Shown here: piece by piece, positions 21,049 to 27,756 of the stretch | Layout of the letters: each line of letters starts with the position of its first letter | Numbering within the stretch: the stretch's first letter is position 1 | DNA from: Candidatus Parcubacteria bacterium | Lineage (GTDB): Bacteria; Patescibacteriota; Patescibacteriia; Patescibacteriales; UBA12075 | Direction of reading: 5' to 3' | NCBI GenBank assembly: GCA_963814275.1 | Contig: CAWFCE010000002.1 | Location: 298,537 to 362,536, forward strand | Length of the DNA: 64,000 nucleotides | The notes under the pieces: model-generated | Seen by the model: the letters and a program-made list of their open reading frames with translations, nothing else | Database searches by the model: none | Told to the model about the DNA's origin: nothing | Translations under genes and position numbers: made by a program

Positions 21049-21423
21049 GTGAAAAAATTCATTACTCAAATATTTATTTTGCTCGGACTGGTATTTGTCC
21101 TGCTTTTGCCTTATTTCGTTTTTGCGGCCGCGCCGAATCCGGTCAAACGGCTTAATGACATGCAGCCCGCCACCGGCTATGCCGCGGCTACGGAATATTC
21201 AATCGCGGAGATCGTCGGCTATATTGTCAATTCGGTCGTGGTCATCCTGGGGATGATCTTTACCGGACTGATTGTCTATGCCGGCTACAATTGGATGACC
21301 GCCGCCGGCGACGAGGGCAAGGTGCGCAAAGCCGGGGACACGATCCGCCAGGCAATCATCGGCCTGATAATTTTAGCTGGATCTTGGGCGATATATTTAT
21401 TTATTTTTGACCAGCTCATTTAA
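21049..21423 (+). CDS. VirB2/TrbC-like pilin-like protein, paralog 8
   Basis: GTG start. Core VYAGYNWMTAAGDEGKVRKAGD. Confidence 0.7.
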   Translation: MKKFITQIFILLGLVFVLLLPYFVFAAAPNPVKRLNDMQPATGYAAATEYSIAEIVGYIVNSVVVILGMIFTGLIVYAGYNWMTAAGDEGKVRKAGDTIRQAIIGLIILAGSWAIYLFIFDQLI

Positions 21424-21425
21424 GT

Positions 21426-21821
21426 ATGCCAAAAGTAATAAAAAACCTATATTATTTTTTAATTGCACTTTTGCTGCTTATTCCTGTAGATAGGTGTCTG
21501 GCTTTATCGTTAATAACGTCTGACGGAGCGGAGGGCATGAAGACTTATGAAGAAAAATTCCGTGGAGCGGCCGGGTTTAGTAGTGAAACAAGTATTGAAT
21601 GGATAGTCAGAGCGGTGATTGAAGGTTTTTTAATATTATTGAGTTTGATATTCATAATTTTGATAATTATTGCCGGCTACAACTGGATGACCGCAGCTGG
21701 TGAAGAGAATAAAGTAACGAAGGCGAAAGACACGATTAGGAGGGCGATCATTGGTTTGATAATTATTATTGCCGCCTATGGGATAACATATTTCGTCTTT
21801 AACATTTTACCTTGGGGCTAA
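21426..21821 (+). CDS. VirB2/TrbC-like pilin-like protein, paralog 9
   Basis: Starts 2 nt after paralog 8's stop. Core IIAGYNWMTAAGEENKVTKAKD. Confidence 0.75.
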   Translation: MPKVIKNLYYFLIALLLLIPVDRCLALSLITSDGAEGMKTYEEKFRGAAGFSSETSIEWIVRAVIEGFLILLSLIFIILIIIAGYNWMTAAGEENKVTKAKDTIRRAIIGLIIIIAAYGITYFVFNILPWG

Positions 21822-21851
21822 TAATTGTTAGTTAGAGAATAAAATAAAAAC

Positions 21852-21890
21852 AAGGCATTGAGTCGATCCGTCTAACTCAATGCCTTTTTA
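21852..21890. terminator. Bidirectional hairpin terminator closing the pilin array
   Basis: A 12-bp stem aaggcattgagt / actcaatgcctt (21852-63 / 21875-86) has a T-run after it on plus and an A-run before it. It lies between convergent genes. Confidence 0.7.
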
Positions 21891-21893
21891 AAT

Positions 21894-22271
21894 TCAGTGG
21901 CAGCGGCCATGCTTGCACCGCATTTGATAACTGTTACCCCAGGGGTCGGTTGAATAGTTTGTGGTAACCGTATCCCCTTGCCCGGTCTCGCTTCTCATTA
22001 TACCCCCAAATATATCAGGAGTATTATGAAACTTATTCGGGTCAGCAGTATATTCTTCTACCAACCCCGCTTTCGCATTAATGAAATGTCCCTCAGCGGC
22101 ATCTTTGTACGCCCGGGTAACAATACGGGGATCAGTTGAAAATATGCCGATGCTCTTGTTATTATAAATTGGCTTTCCTGTTGCCGGATCAGGAATTGAA
22201 ATATTGGTAAGGTTTGCGCAAGCCGCAAAAATTAAAACTATTAAAAGAACACTGAATCTGCATAATTTCAT
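21894..22271 (-). CDS. Small putative lipoprotein, unknown function
   Basis: The signal peptide carries a lipobox-like LIFAAC. The protein is 125 aa, and I recognise no domain. Confidence 0.5.
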   Translation of the reverse strand: MKLCRFSVLLIVLIFAACANLTNISIPDPATGKPIYNNKSIGIFSTDPRIVTRAYKDAAEGHFINAKAGLVEEYTADPNKFHNTPDIFGGIMRSETGQGDTVTTNYSTDPWGNSYQMRCKHGRCH

Positions 22272-22502
22272 TTTGAACCTCCTTTATCGAATGTTGTTAC
22301 TTTTATTGTTAATTAATTAGAATAAATTCTATAAATAAAATACTGTGGTGAATAGTTTAAAGTTACATAATACAAAATTTTATCATATTTTACCCTTTCT
22401 GTCAAGGTTGACGTGGACTTAAAACTATGATAAGATAAAGATATAGTAAGAAAATCCCTATGTGCACACCGTGCATGTGTAGGGATTTTTATTTAGAAAA
22501 AT

Positions 22503-23042
22503 ATGGCAACGCTTAAATATAAGGAAAAAAAGGTATTTTCCATAAAATTAGCCAAAAAAATTATTTTTTCGCTAATTATTGTGCTTATATTCGATTTTTT
22601 CCTATTCCCGGCTCCGACTTTGGCTGCCGCGCCGGTCGAATCCGGGGAAGAAGTAATTATCGATGGACCGGTAAATATTGAGCCAGAAGTGATGGATATT
22701 GTTAATAATTTGCCGGAAAACTCTGACCTGGAAGTGCTTCATACCAGTTATCATACGATTACCGCCTATAGTTCGGAAGTCAGCCAATGTGACGGCAACC
22801 CCTGCGTGACAGCTAACGGTTTTAACCTGTGTGAACATGGTATTGAAGATTCGATAGCGGCCAACTGGCTGAAATTCGGCACTAAGGTCAAAATACCTGA
22901 GCTTTACGGCGACCGGGTATTTGTGGTACGTGACCGTATGAACAGTAAATATGACAATAGAGTCGATATTTGGATGAAGGAGAAGGCGGATGCGAAGAAT
23001 TTCGGTATCCGCGTGGCTAAAATCGAGGTTTTAGACCACTAA
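22503..23042 (+). CDS. 3D-domain protein (MltA/RlpA-like barrel; putative peptidoglycan lytic transglycosylase), membrane anchored
   Basis: N-terminal TM helix, then HTITAYSSEVSQCDGNPCVTANGF...IAANWLKFGTKVKIPELYGDRVFVVRDRMNSKYDNRVDIWM. This matches the 3D-domain pattern (T.Y..., tA.G, vA.., GT.v.i, v.D.g, .iDi). Confidence 0.7.
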   Translation: MATLKYKEKKVFSIKLAKKIIFSLIIVLIFDFFLFPAPTLAAAPVESGEEVIIDGPVNIEPEVMDIVNNLPENSDLEVLHTSYHTITAYSSEVSQCDGNPCVTANGFNLCEHGIEDSIAANWLKFGTKVKIPELYGDRVFVVRDRMNSKYDNRVDIWMKEKADAKNFGIRVAKIEVLDH

Positions 23043-23070
23043 TAAATTTCACCCTTGCTAGCTAGCCGAT

Positions 23071-23096
23071 ATCAGCCTTCACGGGCTGATTTTTTA
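23071..23096 (+). terminator. Rho-independent terminator after the 3D-domain gene
   Basis: atcagcc-ttcacg-ggctgat followed by TTTTTT. Confidence 0.7.
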
Positions 23097-23183
23097 TCTT
23101 GTTTTGCCGCTAAATATTTGCTATGATAAATCTGTTAACTTACCGGTAAACTGCATAAGATTCGGCAAAAAGAATTTGGATAC

Positions 23184-23254
23184 GGCCTGATCGCCAAGTG
23201 GTAAGGCAAGAGTCTGCAAAACTCTCATCGCGGGTTCGACTCCCGCTCAGGCCT
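23184..23254 (+). tRNA. tRNA-Cys(GCA)
   Basis: Manual cloverleaf: acceptor ggcctga/tcaggcc, anticodon arm agagt-ctGCAaa-actct, T arm gcggg-ttcgact-cccgc. No encoded CCA. Confidence 0.85.
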
Positions 23255-23278
23255 CTGGGCATTAAACAAGAATTAAAA

Positions 23279-23303
23279 ACAAAGTAACTTACTTTGTTTT
23301 TTT
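23279..23303 (+). terminator. Terminator after tRNA-Cys
   Basis: acaaagt-aactt-actttgt followed by a T-run. Confidence 0.6.
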
Positions 23304-23334
23304 GTATAAAAAAACGTGGACTTTTCAACAAAAA

Positions 23335-23363
23335 TGTGGATAAATAGTTATTTATGTGGATAA
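23335..23363. promoter_or_regulatory. Two perfect DnaA boxes (TGTGGATAA = TTATCCACA) spaced 20 bp apart
   Basis: tgtggataa occurs at 23335-23343 and 23355-23363, with a weaker cgtggact at 23314. They lie inside an ~800-bp AT-rich ORF-free region. Confidence 0.5.
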
Positions 23364-23476
23364 CTTTTAAATATTTAAGTACACTATAGTTTGTACTTAA
23401 ACATTATTTAATTAGTTATCAACTTATAAAATATATTTGTTTTAACTTTAGCTTAAAATTATTCTCATCTATATGG

Positions 23477-23505
23477 TTGACCGGGTTTAAATAATATGGT
23501 ATACT
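23477..23505 (+). promoter_or_regulatory. Near-consensus orphan promoter inside the noncoding region
   Basis: TTGACC (23477-82), a 17-nt spacer, then the extended -10 TGgTATACT (23497-505). No ORF of 60 aa or more follows for ~560 nt. Confidence 0.5.
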
Positions 23506-24066
23506 AATATTAGTTAAAATAAAATCTGCACATAAACATTATATATTGTTACTACTAGCTTAAATATGGCTAGTCTCGACATAGCTATTCTGTCCTCAAA
23601 AAAGTTTATTTACGTTTAAGTACACTTTTTAGAGGACAGAACAAAAACAAAAACAAAAAAATGGTAAATTTTAATTCAAAATTATTTATTAGAGTTTACC
23701 AACTAGCAGGTAGTAACATGTTTATATAAGTCGGGATATGAACAATATATGACCCCTGAGAATGGGATTTTCTTGCTTATCACCAGATGAGTTAGATAAA
23801 AATTCTTAGGGATAGGGGTCAGTTATATAGGCCATTTACTTATTGTTTTATGCAAAAGAAGGGCCTCGACTGGCCCCTTTTATAATACAAAAAACCTAGT
23901 TTCTAATCCAATCATTAAAGTATAATGTTATAGTATTAGAATAAGTTTAAATTAAGGCCATTGCGAAGCAATTAGCAGGAAAGACCCTTGTATTTTTCTA
24001 AAAGTTACTATATAATTAGGGTGTAATAATCCTCTATAAAAGGGTTATTTATTTTATATTACTACC

Positions 24067-24468
24067 ATGACAGAAAATAAATCAAAAAAAGATAAGATTC
24101 TGGACCAGGCTACTATTGATGAGATCAAGAAAGATCTAATGGCGCGGCGGGAACAGGTGACTAAGGAATTGGCGGATTTATCCGGCAATGGGAAAGTCGA
24201 TGATGAATATAAGGCTAAATTTCCGAATTTCGGCGATAAGAGCGATGAAAATGCCCAGGAAATCGGAGAATATACTACGAATCTGGCTACGGAAAAACTA
24301 TTGGAAAAAACCTTGCGTGATATTGAAAATGCTTTGGACAGAATTGAAAAAGGCACTTACGGTATATGCAAATATTGCCACCAGCCAATCGGCAATAAGC
24401 GCTTACTGGCACGGCCGGTGGCAAGCGCCTGCGTTGAGTGTAAAACCAAACTGCAAAACTCTATATAG
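24067..24468 (+). CDS. DksA/TraR-family C4 zinc-finger protein
   Basis: 133 aa with a coiled-coil N-terminus and the C-terminal CKYCHQPIGNKRLLARPVASACVECK (CxxC-17-CxxC). Confidence 0.8.
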   Translation: MTENKSKKDKILDQATIDEIKKDLMARREQVTKELADLSGNGKVDDEYKAKFPNFGDKSDENAQEIGEYTTNLATEKLLEKTLRDIENALDRIEKGTYGICKYCHQPIGNKRLLARPVASACVECKTKLQNSI

Positions 24469-24496
24469 GTTTATGTTTGTTTTAGGAAACGAAAAA

Positions 24497-24934
24497 ATGG
24501 CTCGAACCGTTTGGTGCGCCATTTTTTTTGTTGCTCTTGACCGTTTTGCCAAGATGCTGTCACTTGCATATCTGATCAGGCATCAATTTCCCCTGCTTGG
24601 CAATATCCTGAAATTGGAATTTGCCAAAAATGTATACATTGCGTTTTCCCTGCCGCTTGGCGGGCGAGCCTTGCTAATCGTTATTTTTTTTATTTTGATT
24701 GTTTTGCTCTTGGCGATGGCTGATTATTACAAAAAACAACAATGGCGGAAAGTATTGCCCTTGTTGTTCGTATTTTTCGGCGCTTCTTCCAATTTTTATG
24801 ACCGGATCCGCTATGGTTTCGTAATCGATTATTTTTCTTTAAAATATTTTACGATTTTCAATATCGCGGATATGATGATAGTCGGCGGGGTGGTGCTATT
24901 TATATACTATGAGTTGAAAGCGGGCCGTAAATAA
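24497..24934 (+). CDS. lspA: Lipoprotein signal peptidase (signal peptidase II)
   Basis: Four TM helices and the motif FTIFNIADMMIVGG (FN.AD). The track ORF start at 24188 overlaps the dksA-like gene out of frame, and I rejected it. The alternative start is 24473. Confidence 0.75.
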   Translation: MARTVWCAIFFVALDRFAKMLSLAYLIRHQFPLLGNILKLEFAKNVYIAFSLPLGGRALLIVIFFILIVLLLAMADYYKKQQWRKVLPLLFVFFGASSNFYDRIRYGFVIDYFSLKYFTIFNIADMMIVGGVVLFIYYELKAGRK

Positions 24935-24957
24935 TTTTGTCGTCACAAGTCTTGCAG

Positions 24958-25413
24958 TCATTCCTTGGCCGGCTCTGATATATCGATATTTCGCCGGTTT
25001 TCGTCGATTGCTTCGAATTTGATATATATCGTACGCCGGGGCAGGATATCCCTGATACGGTCCGCCCATTCCACCACGGTCAGGGTATCGTCCTTGCCGA
25101 TAAAGTCCTCGGCGCCAATATCAATTATTTCATATTCAGTCTGGACTCGATAGGCGTCGATGTGGCAGAATTTTTTTATTCCGGGGTCGGCCGAAGCCGT
25201 ACGGACTTCGTACAAACGCATCAAATTGAAAGTCGGGCTGGAAACATTTTGCTTGATTCCCAGGCCATAGGCCAGACCCTTGGTGAATGCTGTTTTACCC
25301 GCGCCCAAAGGGCCGATCAAACCTATAATTTGTCCGGGTTTCAGGCCCTGGGCGTATTTTTGGGCAAAATTAAGGGTTTCCTGTTCTGAATTAGTGGTTA
25401 TTTGCATAATCAC
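24958..25413 (-). CDS. tsaE: tRNA t6A37 biosynthesis ATPase TsaE
   Basis: 151 aa with the P-loop GPLGAGKTAFTKGL, SPTFNLMRLY, HIDAYR and VVEW, which are TsaE/YjeE hallmarks. Confidence 0.85.
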   Translation of the reverse strand: MIMQITTNSEQETLNFAQKYAQGLKPGQIIGLIGPLGAGKTAFTKGLAYGLGIKQNVSSPTFNLMRLYEVRTASADPGIKKFCHIDAYRVQTEYEIIDIGAEDFIGKDDTLTVVEWADRIRDILPRRTIYIKFEAIDENRRNIDISEPAKE

Positions 25414-25444
25414 ATTATAGCGTATTTTGAGGTAAAAATAAAAC

Positions 25445-25529
25445 TTGACATAAGCGGCGTTTTATTATAATATTCACTAAGGCATATTTAACTAATATTT
25501 GAATAGAACCGGAGTGTTCTATTTTTGTA
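25445..25529 (+). promoter_or_regulatory. Putative rplS promoter plus a terminator-like leader hairpin
   Basis: TTGACA (25445-50) with TATAAT/TAATAT 15-17 nt downstream. The hairpin gaatagaac-cggagt-gttctatt plus TTTT lies at 25501-25529, just upstream of the rplS ATG. Confidence 0.35.
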
Positions 25530-25549
25530 TTTTAACTCATATCAATTAT

Positions 25550-25942
25550 ATGGCAGAAAAAAAAGCAACCGAAAAAGCAGAAAAGAAAAAAACAGAAAAG
25601 GGGGAAAGCGATAAGGCCGTTCTTCCGGATTTACAGCCGGGCATGACCGTACGCGTGTATCAAAAGATCAAAGAGCTCAATATAAAGGGCGAAGAAAAAG
25701 AACGGGTACAGTATTTTGAAGGGATGATTATTGCCAAAAAGCACGGTAAAGAAGCCGGCGGAAGTATTTTGGTCCGCAAAGTATCCGACGGTGTCGGCGT
25801 GGAAAAGATATTTCCTTTGCGCTTGCCGACGATCGAAAAGATCGAAATAAAAAAACAAGCGAAGGTCCGGCGGGCAAAACTGTATTTCTTGAAGCGCGGT
25901 TACAAAAAACGGCTTAAAGAGACGATCGTTACCGCCAAGTAA
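25550..25942 (+). CDS. rplS: 50S ribosomal protein L19 with a short K/E-rich N-terminal extension
   Basis: PDLQPGMTVRVYQKIKE...RVQYFEGMIIAKKHG...ILVRKVSDGVGVEKIFPLRLPTIEKIEI. I chose the ATG at 25550; the track's upstream TTG start is unlikely. Confidence 0.9.
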   Translation: MAEKKATEKAEKKKTEKGESDKAVLPDLQPGMTVRVYQKIKELNIKGEEKERVQYFEGMIIAKKHGKEAGGSILVRKVSDGVGVEKIFPLRLPTIEKIEIKKQAKVRRAKLYFLKRGYKKRLKETIVTAK

Positions 25943-25961
25943 TCATAGCTTGATCAAATAT

Positions 25962-25998
25962 TTTTCGCCTGATCAATCATTCAGGCGAAAATTTTTAG
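25962..25998 (+). terminator. Rho-independent terminator after rplS
   Basis: tcgcctga-tcaatcat-tcaggcga followed by aaaattttt. Confidence 0.65.
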
Positions 25999-26020
25999 TT
26001 ATATAAAATAATATATATTT

Positions 26021-26085
26021 GGGCGAGTGGTGGAATTGGTAGACACGCCCCGATTGCATCGGGGTGGCCGCACCCCGGTTTGTCG
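26021..26085 (+). pseudogene. tRNA-Leu-derived pseudo-tRNA (5' 28 nt identical to tRNA-Leu; anticodon arm replaced; no T arm)
   Basis: gggcgagtggtggaattggtagacacgc is identical to 26131-26158. It is followed by ccccg-attgcat-cgggg in place of the Leu anticodon arm, then tggccgca (shared), and then unrelated AT-rich sequence. Confidence 0.7.
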
Positions 26086-26130
26086 ATAAAGTATTAACAA
26101 CCATTTATTTTCAAACATATAATTACTTTT

Positions 26131-26214
<84 letters not shown>

Positions 26215-26384
26215 CGAAAACAACAATTGACAATTAACTTTTGACAGTTGACTGTTTTGTAAAGGCCAAGTTTCGCAAAACAGTGTTGACGATAGTTGTC
26301 GGAATAAATATATGGAGGTGTTTCTGAAATTGTTGAATGTTGTCTGGGTTAATTGTTAAATGTTAACTGTCAATTGTCGAAAAC

Positions 26385-26457
26385 GGACGCATAGCTCAGC
26401 TGGTAGAGCGCTTCGTTTACACCGAAGATGTCCGGGGTTCGAGTCCCTGTGCGTCCA
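26385..26457 (+). tRNA. tRNA-Val(UAC)
   Basis: Acceptor ggacgca/tgcgtcc, anticodon arm cttcg-ttTACac-cgaag, and T arm ccggg-gttcgagt-ccctg region. Confidence 0.85.
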
Positions 26458-26606
26458 CATCATAAAACTACCTGCACTCAGGTAGTTTTATGATGTGGAG
26501 GTATAGACTCCGAGAACCCTGCCTGATTATTCGCGTTATTTTTGTTAAATGATCATTTTATTTTCTAAATATTTTAGTTTCATCTTTCAATTTTAATTGA
26601 TGGCGT

Positions 26607-26641
26607 GGGGCTTCCGCCCCTTCGAGTCCCTGTGCGTCCAC
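26607..26641 (+). repeat. Duplicated 3' fragment of tRNA-Val preceded by the GGGGCTTCCGCCCC hairpin
   Basis: ttcgagtccctgtgcgtccac (26621-26641) is identical to 26438-26458 of tRNA-Val. It is preceded by ggggcttccgcccc (26607-20). Confidence 0.8.
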
Positions 26642-26841
26642 GTTCGCAAATGACGAGTTACGAATATCGAATGGCGAATATAATTTTATTTGGAATCGGC
26701 AGTGTGCGATTTCTGTCTTCTCGAGCCTTATGTACGCATAAACTGGAACAGCTGTGATATGGAGTGGTTTTTATTTTAATGTTAAATTAATCTAAAAATT
26801 ATATAATATTAAATATTAATTAATATTTAATTGCCATTTTT

Positions 26842-27120
26842 ATGCATCATGAACCACTTGAGAAATTATCCGTGCAAACCCTGGACCATAACCGGGCCAG
26901 CCGGTCTTTGAGGGAGGAGCTGGAGGCGATCGAATGGTACCAGGAGCGGATTGACGCCACTGTTGATGAAGAACTTAAGAAGATCCTGGCGCATAACCGG
27001 GACGAGGAGAAGGAACACGCCGCCATGCTGATCGAATATTTACGCCGCCAGGATCCGGAGTTTGCCAAAGAGCTCAAGGAAAATCTGTTCACCGACAAAG
27101 AACTGGGCAGCCATGATTGA
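26842..27120 (+). CDS. Encapsulated-ferritin (EncFtn)-family ferritin-like protein
   Basis: 92 aa. HEPLEKLS...RASRSLREELEAIEWYQERIDATVDEELKKILAHNRDEEKEHAAMLIEYLRRQDPEF...LFT matches, from memory, the Rhodospirillum rubrum EncFtn pattern (HEPLE, EELEA.DWY, HNRDEEKEHAAM, EWLRR). Confidence 0.7.
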   Translation: MHHEPLEKLSVQTLDHNRASRSLREELEAIEWYQERIDATVDEELKKILAHNRDEEKEHAAMLIEYLRRQDPEFAKELKENLFTDKELGSHD

Positions 27121-27154
27121 TTATTTGAATTGACCTTTCGTGTTATTGGAATAA

Positions 27155-27190
27155 AAAAATCCCGTCCGTTTTGCGTTCGGGATTTTTATG
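27155..27190. terminator. Bidirectional terminator between convergent genes
   Basis: The stem aaatcccg ... cgggattt has an A-run before it and a T-run after it. Confidence 0.65.
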
Positions 27191-27195
27191 TTTTA

Positions 27196-27756
27196 TTATT
27201 TTTGCAAAAGTTTTTCGATATAAGCGCTGATCTTCTTAAAGACTTCGTTTTTGTCCAAATGCGTGGTGTCCAGCACCAGATCGTAATTGACGGGATTGTA
27301 GACGTCAATATTGAAATATTTCCGGTAGCGCAGATTATCGCTTTGACGTCGCTCGCGATGGCTGCGAACAACATCGTCGACGCTTTGTATATTTCTGTCT
27401 TCGTTCCGTTCCTCGCTGTTTAGCAGTTCCTTGAACACCCGTTCCGCTCCGACACGCTCGGCCACGTCCAGGTAGAGCTTGACCGAATGGGGGATAAAAT
27501 ACCAGGAGGTCCGGCCTTCGATCACGAAATTGTCATCCGTTTCGCCCAGTTTTTTTTGATATTCGTCGACTTCCGTATCCGTCGAAGGATCGGTCTCGCC
27601 CAGCTTATTGTATTCGGCCAAGGTGAGGCCGCGTTCCCGGGCCTTTTGCCGCCGCAAACCGCCCATATAATAGCGCGGCCAGCCCAGTTTTTCCGAAAGC
27701 ATTTTGGCGATAGTGGATTTGCCCGAACCGGCCGGCCCGTTGATGGAAATAATCAT
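27196..27756 (-). CDS. Cytidylate kinase-like / AAA-family nucleotide kinase
   Basis: P-loop INGPAGSGKSTIAKML and the short archaeal-type CMP kinase-like layout (186 aa). Confidence 0.65.
   Translation of the reverse strand: MIISINGPAGSGKSTIAKMLSEKLGWPRYYMGGLRRQKARERGLTLAEYNKLGETDPSTDTEVDEYQKKLGETDDNFVIEGRTSWYFIPHSVKLYLDVAERVGAERVFKELLNSEERNEDRNIQSVDDVVRSHRERRQSDNLRYRKYFNIDVYNPVNYDLVLDTTHLDKNEVFKKISAYIEKLLQK

Noticed and set aside
23140-23331. Track ORFs 23140..23331(-) and 25999..26226(-)
   Set aside because: They overlap tRNA-Cys and the tRNA-Leu/pseudo-tRNA pair respectively, and the tRNA cloverleaves explain the sequence.
24188-24496. Upstream part of the track ORF 24188..24934 (lspA) overlapping the DksA/TraR gene
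   Set aside because: It is out of frame with a well-supported zinc-finger gene. LspA-like sequence begins only at MARTVW (24497), or possibly at 24473.
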